64,000 nt of DNA from Anthoceros angustus (taxonomy: Eukaryota > Plantae > Anthocerotophyta): NCBI GenBank assembly GCA_010909165.1, contig VJWM01000173.1, positions 186,001 to 250,000 on the forward strand, in the 5' to 3' direction. The position numbers and the translations under genes are program-made. This document shows positions 38,192-54,624 of the stretch, in pieces (within the stretch, counting starts at the first letter, position 1; each line of letters opens with the position of its first letter). Under the pieces are notes generated by a model. It did no database searches, had not been told where the DNA came from, and saw nothing but the letters and a program-made list of their open reading frames with translations.

Positions 38192-41138
38192 TGAGTGCCT
38201 GCGCTGGAGCGGTATTGAGGCAAGCATGAAGATGAGCAAGGGAAGGGCTGAAGACAAGGGTGAGTGGTCTCGATCTGCGCATTTTGATCGTAGAGAGCTG
38301 CAGTTCAGAACTCAAGATCAGTGTGCTCTCCTCGTTTGGTCAGGGGATCTACTTCAACAGTTGCTGCGAATGCATTTTCAGAATAATGAATATCCCCTTG
38401 ATCTTCTGGAGGACTTTGCTTGCAACGTCATGCCCAGGTTACAACTGCATGCATTGTCTTGTAAGAATCTCCTTTTCTTCAGAGCATATATGAAGAGTTC
38501 CTGAAGTTCTTGCAGGTGGCTAGCAAGGAGGTCGAGCCGGACTTGCAGCGTATCCGTCCCTCTCTCCTACAACGTTTCTAGTGTGGTATCGGGTGCAGGT
38601 TGTGGTCTCTTCAAAGATGCACTTTACAGTACAATTTTGCCATGAATTTGATGCTTACCCTCGGAGAATGAAACGTCGAAATTGAACGAGTCCTGGTGAT
38701 CGCCTGTGTGTCTCTGTTGACAGCACGAGGAGGTTCTTGCGATTCTCGGAAAGTAGTGAGCACACTGCCGAGTTTGACTGCTACACAATTCATAATTCAT
38801 GGCGGCCGTTTACTTGAGAACATTGACTGCGGTTGCAGGTGAAGGAAATCTTGACGAAAGCCAAGGAAAGGCCTTCGCTCACGAGAGAGATCGTTCTGAA
38901 GCTGCTCAAGCGTGTCCAACAATGCATCAAACTTCATGTCTCGCTGGTCAATCTAACGAAGCTACAGAATAAGGTAACTTTCTGCGTTTATTCAAAGGTG
39001 AACTTGGAGCGGATGATGTGTTGTCTCAAAGGAATGCGGGCTGCCTTTAACGTGTCCGATGGCCAGACACCTGTGCACACTGTTGCGGTCAAAAGTGAGG
39101 GAAGTTCGTCGACACTTTTCTGAAAGGTCAGGTACTGAATTACGTTTTGGTTACGTGGATGACCCTATCGTGCTTAAGTTGAGTTTCATCTGGTTTTGCA
39201 GTGATGGACTTCTTCGGGCTCAGTATGAAGGCCATAAGGATGCTATCAACGTTCTGGTAAGCTGCATGTCTGCTAATAATCGTCTTAGCAGCTTCCTGAC
39301 CGTGCTCACTTCTGTCTCAGGTGAAGGAGCTGCAAAAGGCTACCAGAATCATTCAGACACTATGCTCAGAAGCCAAGGTTAGCTTTTGTCCTGTCTCTAG
39401 CTTGCATGAATTCTCACCTTGGAGGAGAACCGAAAGACCTCAATACACGCTTGTCCGGATGTTGGTAGGGCCAAAAGAAGATGCCTGTTACATGCAAAGT
39501 GCCTTTTGTGAAACGATCAATGGAGCGTTATGTCTTTTGCGTGAAAGCTTTGCTGCACGGCACCTCTCACGGAGATTCATTCTGGATGGGTAGCTTTTCA
39601 TTTGGCAGTGTCGATTACTTGGAGCTCAACGGTGCGATTTCCCAGTACTGATGGATGACATGAATGCTGGTTTCTTTCAACAGGTAATCTCAGACATAAG
39701 GACCTTCAAGCGAAGTCGGTTCTCAACTAACAACAAGCGACGAGGAACCCGAGGACGATCAATTAGACCTGGACGACGATAGGGAGGAGAATGGGGATAA
39801 CGACGGACATGATGGTGTTGCTTCAGAAGATGGCTCGGAGGAACCAACCTTCTGATTCTGGGCGGGGCTAGAGCTGACTTATCCTTGCTTCCGCAAATCG
39901 TTAACGCGAGAACCGCCCGTTGGGGCCGTTCGAATTCGCCGCTGCAGGAGGCAGATCACCCGGCATGCCTCTCGATTCATGAGTTGGCTGCCGCTCGAGC
40001 TGCTCAGGGCTGTTGCGTTGCGCAAGGGATTGCAACAAAGCCGCGTCCTTGTAGGTGCTCGATGTCCCAGCATTTGAATTTGTTCTCCTGAAGTTCTGGA
40101 TTTATCACTGTGAGAACACTCGTGTCTGTGATGTGTACACCCACAAGTAGCTCGTCCTCAGAAATTCATGCATGTGTGGGAATCACACCGGTTAAGAACA
40201 TCAAATTCTAGAAATGAACACAAAGGTTCTCTGTACAGCACCTCTGCTTCAGAATACAGTCAAACCCATCTAATTGGGACCCCTATAAATGGAACCCACT
40301 TTAAATGGGACGCCCGGGCTTACTCCCTTGAATGTGCTACATGCTAAATGGGAAACCCCTCTAATTTGTAAATGGGAACATGTCTCCCAAACATTCAATG
40401 CAAGTACACAAGGGAAAATACATATTTTTTTAAAAAAATAAAAATAGAGGAAATCATCTTATCGAGATTAAATCATGAGTTATTGAGATAATGTCAAGTT
40501 AAAGGCTATCAAGATTATATCATAAAACATAGACAGTCATCGAGATTGGGCCTATATATGTAGTAGTTCTGTACACTATGCTTTGTTATGGTAGTCAAGA
40601 TTTTATTGAGGTGAAAAAACGATGGGAAAAGCCCATCTAGGAGGGGACAACCAAAGGGGACCAGGGGTCGAGGTGAAGAGGAGCAAATAAGCTCCCTACC
40701 TAAAGTCACCTCGCACCCACAATGTCATATGCCTAAGAATAAACGCCCGCAAACCACTTGAGGTAGAGGAAGATGTGTCACCTACTATAATGATATAATA
40801 TTATATGTATAGGATACATATACAGGACACGATGAAAGATACGGTGTGGATAGGATCGTGGCGACACGTAGTGAGTCATATGCTAAGTTTAGAGTAATAG
40901 TCCCGGATGTTAAATACACGCCCGAGCTCGGAGGGCAGCTTTCTGCCATTACATTTTGGTATCGAGCCTTGACCAGCACTTGAGAGTGGCGCGGATGACT
41001 CACGAGTTGATCGTGAAGTTTCCTATGGCGGAAAGGTTGTGGAGGATCGAATAGGTGTTGTGTACACCCTCTCCTAGCCATGGAAAACCCCCCCTCAGCT
41101 GGGAGAGCTCAATAGGACTTGGAAGCCTGACACGAGGC
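38192..41138 (+). repeat. Second copy of a 2.95-kb tandem duplication (copy 1 = 35207-38191), containing frameshifted FANCD2 3' exons (38192-39855); probable assembly artefact
   Basis: Near-identical to 35207-38191, with a junction at the 4-bp microhomology AGGC. Differences are mostly 1-5-bp deletions (gcaagggagg/gcaaggagg, ctcgggaaag/ctcggaaag, caagggcgcgaag/caagcgaag). Confidence 0.85.
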
Positions 41139-44100
41139 GAAGCGTGGTGGCAAATGCAACCTGGTCGGCAGTTTGGGATAGATCGGAATCTCAGGGAGCG
41201 GGTGTTATCGATAGCCCCGACGTTAGCCAACCAGGACGGGAGTGCTTTTTCCGAGATAAGAAGACACCAGATTTGGTTCCTAGTCCTCACAAGCAGCCAG
41301 TTCAGATGCTCCGCCCGTTATGTCAAGAAGTTGCTCAGGTTGGGCAAAATCTATCGTGGGCGTATTTTCATGTGGGCATTGTTGATGTCTCACTATGCTG
41401 CGAGTAACGACCGATCGAGCGCGCCCATGGACTCTTAGACAACGGGAGCTTATCGCCAGGCCGAACTTGAATCGGCATTGGGTCTCGCCTTGAAGGCGCA
41501 ACGACATCGCGGAAGCCAAGAGTCATCGGAGAAGTGTTGTTAGAGGACTACGATAGACCTCCAAATAAGCTTCGTGACAAGCTTTGCAAGGTTAATTACG
41601 TCATAGTAGATGGTGAGAGACCCATATGTGCTAGTCCGCAATATGATATAGAAATTCCTGCAGATGAAGCACGGATAGCTGGGCAAGACTCACAATCACG
41701 AGGAGAAAATAGACCGGACCATCGCTCTCCGCGGCCAAGATTAGGGACCGCCTGTAAGTGTGGTTGGTGATAGAGGTATTATTCCAAAAAGGATTGCGGT
41801 TGTCGGAGGAGTGGACAATCGGCCAAAAGCTAGCTTGGAATCTGGCACAGTTGGAATTGGGGAAGCTTCGCTACCACCTCACGCGAGCCGAGGCTTGGTT
41901 TCGATCTGCGGGCACCTGTGACGTGCCCACCCGCGCTTTGAGGAGCACAATCAATGCTATCTTTTGACCCACAGGCGAGGATTCCTACAGCATCGGTGGA
42001 GGAACATGACTTGGTTGCAAGGGCAGGGAACCTGGTCCGAGTACAAGCGGTACAACAAGCCCGCAGAGAGGCACAATGACACCAAGCAGCCAGGCAGAGG
42101 GAACAACACAAACAAGAGTTGGCCGAACGATTAGCAGCAGGGGTGTGGGTATCTCCGAGGAGGTGGAAACCGAGAAGTGCGAATGGGAGCAATTGAACCA
42201 AATATGGAGCACTTGGAGACTGAGCCCACTGACCACATTTTTCAGAATACGGTAAGGATGCTTCAGCATCAACAACTCCAACATCAACAGATGGAGGAAT
42301 TAAGAAATGAAGTCCAACGGTCTGTGGCGGCAGCGGCAGATGAGGCATCACAAGCAGCAATCCAAGGTATACTCGGACACCGAGAGGGTCTGCGACCCAC
42401 AGGTACTGCAAAACCTCCTAAACCCAAACCTTTTGGAGGGTCACGAGACCCTGCTACATTTGAAAACTGGGTTTTCCGTGTTGAGCAAGATCTCGAGTTG
42501 TCCTTTGTACGCCTCTATGCAGTAGCCGTAACATTCCTCAAGGAACAAAGATTCGGTGGCAACGCCGAGACAACTCAATCGAGAAGGCATCACCCTCCAA
42601 TTGTCACTCTTGATCGCTTGGTGTCACCGAAACCAATTTACACCACGGAGTCTTCCAGTTGGCGCGAGACCGCTGTTGACGCAAAGATGGGACGATTGCA
42701 AAAGATATATCGACGAGTTCCTTAACATCACAATGGGAATACCGGGGATCACAGAGGAGGAGATGATTGATAGATACGTACGTGGACTACGCCGAGGATT
42801 ACCAGGAGAAGTTGAAACAAGAGCTGATATGACTTCATTACAGGATGTCATCAGAATAGCAGAACGAATGGATGCACACAGGGCAGGCACATATTTTACG
42901 GGACCATGGGTACCACAACGCCTGGGTGAGATTTCCAGACAACCAGCGCCAAATACGGTGACTCATCAGGGAACAATGTCCGAGGCAGTGCCAATGGAGT
43001 TGGGCGCAACCCGTTTTCAAGGACGCTGTTTTTCATGTGGCCGATTTGGCCATAGGGCAAATGAATGCCGCAGCCGGGGCAAAGGACGAGGACGAATGCA
43101 GCAACCGAACAGAGCTAGACAGCAAGCAAACGCGTTAAATCTTGAAGATGCTACAGAGGAGACTCCATCTCTGGTACCAGAGATAAAGATGTTGCACAAC
43201 ACGTATGGTAACCGTGTATCCTCGCTAGGAGTATTGAAATCAGGCAGCTTGTTGCGTGTCCATGCTTTGATCAATAACAAGGTTGCTAGTTTTTAATCGA
43301 CCGGCCACAAATGATTTCCTTTCACTCGGTTTGCCACTCAAAATTGTGTCTCTCTTGTAGGTGAAGGAGGACTGTATTATGCGGATGGACACACAATGAG
43401 CAGCCAAGGTGTCATTGCGCTTACATTCCGTTGGGCCTGTAGAAAACCGCACTTTTGTTGTTACAAACCGCATGTCGGTTGTGATGGCATACTAGGTATG
43501 CCTTGGTTGAATAAAGGCAATCCAAATGGTGTAAGAAAACATTGTCATACAGTTGTGCCAATAAACAAGTGGTGTTGTTTGCCAAGGATGGGAAGCAACG
43601 GCCGGTAAAGCTAGTATCGGCACGCAGCATATGTCTAGATCTCCTCAGACAAGATACCCAAGCTTGTTTATGTATGATCCGTCCATTGTCGAAAAACCTG
43701 GGAACTGACCAATTCAAAATTAGAGACCCTGAGCTCACCAAATTATTGCATGAGTATGAGGATGTGTTAGTCCATGATCTGCCAGCCGGATTGCCCCCAA
43801 TGCGACAAATACAACATTGTGTGGAATTGTTACCAGGGCAGCATAAGCCTCCGTCCCGACCGGTTCAAAATGTCCCTCCGGAAATAGAGGAATCCAGAAA
43901 CAAGTGGAGGTCCTTATGAAAAAGGGATACATCGACCTTCCCAATCACTGCTCGAGCACCCATCCTTTTGCTAAAAAGAAGGACGGATCATTACGGATGT
44001 GTATCGACTATAGAGCACTCAACAATATAACCAAACGCAATCGCTTTCCCTTACCCCGTATTGATGAGATGGAAAAGCTTGCGGATCGCATATTTTTCCA

Positions 44101-46963
44101 AACTCGATCCGCATCGCTACCATCAAATTCGTATGCAAGAAAGATGTGGAAAAACAAGATTCAATACAAGGTATGGGCACTTTGAGTGGTTAGTCATGCC
44201 CTTTGGCATGACTAATGCCCCAAAGAACCTTCCGCACCCTCATGAACCATATTTTCTCCGACCTTATTGAACATGGCATCCTCGCTTACATGGATGATAT
44301 TCTCATCTACTCGCATCCAAAGAAGAACAAGTCGATCTGCGAGAGGTATTAAGACGCCTCGGCAGCCAAATCAGACGAAAATTACCTAAATGTGCATTCA
44401 TGGCAACACAGGTTGAGTATTTGGGCCATGTCGTGTCAGCACAGGGAATTCAGTCGATCCTCTCAAGGTTCGGGCAATCCAGATTGGCCCACACCTATAT
44501 CACCACCCAACTCCAATCGCTTGGATTGGCGTCATATTATAGGAAGTTTATCGCCCGGTTTGCCCATATTGCCACTCCCTTGACGGACCTGTTGAAAACC
44601 ACTACACCTTGGACTTGGGAACAACAGCAAGAGACAGCCTTCCAAACTTTGAAACAATGTCTTACCAAGACCCCGGTACTCGCCCATCCAGATATGCGAT
44701 TACAGTTTGTCATAGCTACAGATGCCTCAGATCAAGCTGTGGGGGCTGTCCTACAACAAGATTTTGGGAAGGGCCTACAACCAATCGCCTTTTTTAGTCG
44801 CAAATTCAAAGGACCAGAGCTCAACTACTCAGTACACGAGAAAGAGACACTTGCTCAGGTTCTTGCCTTACGACAATGGCGGTGCTTTGTGGAGGGCACC
44901 TCTTTTATATTAGAAATCGATCACCCACCACGCTACCCATGACTCAACCACATCTTTCAAAAACAAGCCCGGTGGCTTGAGTTCTTCCAACAATTCCATT
45001 TTCACATTGGCTATAAACGAGGGGCCGAAAACAAGGTTGTTGACGCCCTTAGCAGGGTCAGTACGGCAGCAATATTGACAACCAATCGACCAACATGGTT
45101 GCAGGATGTTCTTAATGCATCGCCCGACCCCGCACTCCGCATCCTCGCGATATCGTTGATCATTGGTCTTGGCAAGATGGATTTTGTTTTACAAAACACA
45201 ACTCTTCATCCCTCAGCTCCCCCACCTCCGACAGCAATTGATCAAGGAAGCCCACTCACCACCATCGAGACATCCCGGTAGACTCGACGCTTCTTCTTCA
45301 ACGTCATTATTATTGGCCTGGTATGGTTGCGGATGTCCATAACATGTACGCCTTTGTGACACATGTCAGAGGACCAAACCTACCACACAACTTCCACCCG
45401 ACCTCCAACCCATACCTATACCGGACAAGCCTTGGCAGTCATACATATGGACTTTATTACGGCCTTCCTGTATCCCCTGTAGGCCACAATGCTATTCTTC
45501 TCGTGGACCGACTCACAAAGATGGTGCACTTGGCCCCACTACGGATGCCTCGACACCAGACACGGCGACCTTTATCTCACCATGTACAGACTACACAGCC
45601 TTCCAGAAACCATTATTTCTGATCGGGACCCTCGGTTCTTAAGCCACTTTTGGACAGACTTGCATCATGCCTTAGGCACTCAGCTCGCCTTTTCATCGGC
45701 GTATCACCCAGAGTCAGATGGACAAGCGGAGCGTATGAACCAATCCGTGGAAACAGCTCTACGTGCTTATGCCGCCCGTCAACAGAACCATTGGGAAGAT
45801 TACCTCTCTATCGTGGAATTTGCGTGCAATAACACCACCAACCTATCTACTGGGTACAGTCCATTTTACATGCTTCACGCTTGTCACCCGCGTACCACGT
45901 TGACTCCACCCCTCCCTTCCCTCCAGACCCAAGCGCGATTGGCTCAAACGCCATCATCGACATCCTGCAGAAGCCCGCTCCCATTTACAAGAAGCTCAGA
46001 ATCGGCAACGCCAGGCCGCCAACACACACAGGAGGGACCAACATTTTCAACCAGGGCAGTTAGTACTTCTGTCAACACGCCATCTCCACCTCCCGGGCAG
46101 CTGGAAGCTACAACCTCGATGGGTTGGACCCTTTACCATTCTCCAGAAAATCGGCGCCACGGCCTACCGCCTTCAACTACCCCAATCTTGGCGTATTCAT
46201 GACGTTTTTCATTCCGCTCTCCTCAAACTGTATCATGGTCTGCCACCGACTGGACCACTTCCCGAGCTCATTGATCAAGCGCTTGAGTATGAAGTCGAGG
46301 CCATCCTCCAACACAAGTACCTTCGTCGCTCCCTCCGCTTTTTAGTCTTATGGCGCGGCTATCCTCTTTCGGAAGCCACTTGGGAGCCACTTTCTTCTTT
46401 GACCCACTGCCCAGCCATTCTTGCCCGATATGCAACTCAGCATCACCTCCAGCTTCCGACTTCGGGACGAAGTCTTCTTTCACCCCCGGATTAGTTGTAA
46501 TGATATAATATTATATGTATAGGATACATATACAGGACACGTATGAAAGATACGGTGTGGATAGGATCAGAAGTACAGTTCACCGTAGTGAGTCATATGC
46601 TAAGTTTAGAAATGTGATCCCGAGATGTTAAATACACGCCCGAGCTCGAGGGCAGCTTTCCTGCCATTACACCTCATGCCGCCTTGTGGAGGATCGCTGA
46701 GAGCGCCGTTGAAGGGCAATTGAAACCCGTTGTCGGAAGTATCTTTGTGAAGTACGAGAGGGACACCCACGTGTCTCGTGCATAGTAGCTTTTGCATGAC
46801 TTGACAAATTTGTCAAAGTCCTCACCATTGCCCCATACGTTTCTAGTGCAAGCGGAATAAAGAGGTGGCCCGCTTGCATCCTGCTATATTTGCGGACCTT
46901 GAGAGCCGCTGCTCCGGCAGCAGCCCAATCACTATGCTTTGTGATCAGAAGCATTGTTCCTAG
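40425..46963 (-). mobile_element. 5'-truncated non-LTR retrotransposon with restriction-like endonuclease (RLE; CRE/R2-type), split by the Ty3 insertion (40425-40785 plus 46672-46963)
   Basis: 46963-46672 encodes WAAAGAAALKVRKY..GHLFIPLALETYGA..YFRQRVSIALQR, the RLE C-terminal signature. A T7 tract at 40425-40431 is the poly(A) end. TACATA is directly repeated at 40419-40424 and 46964-46969 as a TSD. Confidence 0.78.
40786..46671 (+). mobile_element. Full-length Ty3/gypsy chromovirus with LTRs of about 170-180 bp; gag-pro-RT-RH-INT-chromodomain, many frameshifts
   Basis: LTRs at 40786-40953 and 46496-46671 (TGTAAT..ATTACA). PBS near 40957. Gag with CCHC knuckle [37 protein letters not shown] (44287), RH TDASDQAVGAVLQQ, INT FSSAYHPESDGQAERMNQSVE, and chromodomain EYEVEAILQHK..FLVLWRGYPLSEATWEP (46285-46440). 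Flanks cctac / cctca fit a 5-bp TSD with one indel. Confidence 0.93.
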
Positions 46964-47178
46964 TACATAAGTTGTTTCATTGTACAAGTTGTCTTATGGT
47001 GTTGCAAGTTTGTGTTATGGTGTTGTAAGTTGTTGTCTTGCTGTGAGATATTTTGTATGTGTTCCTTACCCATTCTCTTTGATGTGTAGGAACAATGCCG
47101 CCCAAGCCGCCGCGCAAGTATGCTACCCTAACAAAGCAACAAAAGAAAGAGGTTTGCGAATATTATGTCCAACACTCT

Positions 47179-47275
47179 TGCACACTTAAGGAGTTGACTA
47201 GATGCACACTTAAGGAGTTGACTAGATGCACACTTAAGGAGTTGACTAGATGCACACTTAAGGAGTTGACTAGAT
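47179..47275 (+). repeat. 24-bp in-frame tandem repeat, 4 copies, inside the pogo HTH
   Basis: (tgcacacttaaggagttgactaga)x4 encodes CTLKELTR x4. Confidence 0.9.
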
Positions 47276-48434
47276 GGACAACAGAGAAGTTTTCAATAGC
47301 AGCTTCTAAAAGTGCATGGTCTAGGATTGTGAGGATGAAGTTGGAGACTACGTATATTCCTATAGAGGAGAGGACGAAATATGGCAAGCATTAATTCCTC
47401 CGCCTGTCAATGAGGAGGGTGAGGAGAATGATACAGCGTCAGTGGAGACCATAGCGCCAAGACTGCGTACGACAAAGGATGCTGTAGATAATGCTATGAG
47501 AATAGCTAAGATGTTTTTGGAAGAGATGCCACATAACACTCTTGATGCTTTGAAGTTGCATTCTCAATTGGAAAAACATATTGCTAGTCATTGGATGAAA
47601 GCAACTCAGCATCAATCAAGGATTGATGATTATTTTAACCCGGCAAACTAGAATTAGGTTGGCAGCTATGTAGTATGAGGGAGCATTTTGGATTTTTTTG
47701 GATTTTTTGGAAGCTTTCAAGCTCTTTCGAATATTTTCAAAAAAGATGAAAATGCCTAAACGGGAACTCCTCTAAATGGGACGATTTTTGCTACTCCCAA
47801 TTGTTCCCAATTAGAGGGGTGTGACTGTATTCTTGTTGACTCTTGCTAAAGTACGATCTCTCATGCACATATTCTTGTTGACTCTTACTAAAGTAAAGAG
47901 CAGCACCAGAGGTGCTGACTTCTAGTCATGTCGTGGAAGGATGGCAGGCTACTTGGAGGCTAGTATTGGTGTCTTGTGGTGTTGTTATGTGTGCTTGGGT
48001 GTGTTGCTTTATTCTTAATACATTATGATTGTTGAACACATGGTATTTTATTTTATTTATTCCTAATGCTCACACTATTGACCACCTTGAGAATCCTATT
48101 CATTCCGCTTGGCCCCGGCTCGTTCCCTCCAAGGTAGGGCTTTGGCCTTAACGAATGGGGTAGCCCTCCACCCGTGTGGTGGAGGGCTGCCAGACCTTCG
48201 GGCCTCGACACGATATTCCTCCCTGTAATATCGTGAAGGGCTTGGGCATATAAGCACATTTGGGCAATGGACAGCCATAGTGATGTTCAGTAGGCAGAAC
48301 AAGGAGGTTGTTCGATGAGGGCCCGCTACGGGCATGCTTTGGTCGCGGGTATTGCAAAGTACTCCAGGAAGGTGCGCGGATGACATTGTCTCATGCAAGG
48401 TTCTGGAGTATGAATGAAGCCCCACCTGGCACTC

Positions 48435-48828
48435 CAGGCCAAAATTATCGGATAGAATGAGTCAGGCCAAAATTGTCGGATAGAATGAGTCAGGCCAAAA
48501 TTGTCGGATAGAATGAGTCAGGCCAAAATTGTCGGATAGGATGAGTCAGGCCGAAACTGTCGGATAGGATGAGTCAGGCCGAAACTGTCTGATACAATGA
48601 GTCAGGCCGAAATTGTCGGATAGAATGAGTCAGGCCGAAATTGTCGGATAGAACGAGTCAGGCCAAAATTGTCGGATAAAACGAGTCAGGCCAAAATTGT
48701 CGGATAAAACGAGTCAGGCCAAAATTGTCGGATAAAATGAGTCAGGCCAAAATTGTCAAATAAAATGAGTCAGGCCAAAATTGTCGGATAAAATGAGTCA
48801 GGCTAAAATTGTCAAATAGAATGAGTCA
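48435..48828. repeat. 28-bp minisatellite, about 14 copies, directly downstream of the LysRS stop codon
   Basis: Unit gaatgagtcaggccaaaattgtcggata, with period 28 (caggcc at 48435, 48463, ...). The units are contiguous with no spacers. Confidence 0.95.
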
Positions 48829-48835
48829 TTCCCCC

Positions 48836-54127
<5,292 letters not shown>

Positions 54128-54624
54128 TGTGCCCCTGAACTGGAACGCTGAGAACTGTCTCGACACAGGTAGGGCGCAGTAACATGCAATATAGGGCTCT
54201 GTCTGGTTGCGGGACGCCAGGACCTAGTGGGACGCCGGCCGGTATGATTAACTGCAGTCACGGGTTAGACATTGTGGAACGGTTCAGCGAAGGGTGAACA
54301 GATGGCAATCCTATCTTCTATCTCATCCCGTTCTACGTCTACATGGTATAGCTAGACCTAATCCTAATAAAATCGTAGATTGTGGGGGAACTTTGTGGGT
54401 AGGTAAGCAACTGCAGGGTTATTGGCAAAGCTGGGACGTCGGAAGCTGCAGGATTGTTGTAACGTGAATTAACCGTCGATCACTGGATTCGCCTGAGATT
54501 CGTCTCATAATTCGACTCTCGACAGCCCCTCAGCTGCATCCTTCCCTTCACAAACCGCCAAATTTTGCATGCGTTATTAGGGCTGTGTTCATGCTAATGC
54601 CCCCATAGCAGCTGAGGGAGCTGG

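Larger units (their letters stand above)
40257..47827 (+). mobile_element. pogo-like (Tc1/mariner superfamily) DNA transposon, internally deleted, hosting nested insertions; left end also present at 37300
   Basis: TA|CAGTCAAACCCATCTAATTGGGA ... TCCCAATTAGAGGGGTGTGACTG|TA gives 23-bp TIRs with 2 mismatches and a TA TSD. 47095-47340 encodes a CENP-B/psq-type HTH (MPPKPPRKYATLTKQQKKEVCEYY). 47340-47651 encodes the acidic C-terminus ending QSRIDDYF. The DDE domain is absent. Confidence 0.88.

Noticed and set aside
38192-39855. Second FANCD2 gene or paralogue
   Set aside because: Only the 3' exons are present, they are nearly identical to copy 1 apart from deletion-type errors, and they lie within the suspected assembly duplication.
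48162-48188. 11-bp perfect hairpin suggesting a Helitron 3' end or terminator
   Set aside because: No CTRR terminus follows at the expected distance on either strand, and no matching 5' TC end was identified.
48435-48828. CRISPR-like appearance of the 28-bp repeat array
   Set aside because: The units are contiguous with no unique spacers, no cas genes are present, and the context is eukaryotic; it is a minisatellite.
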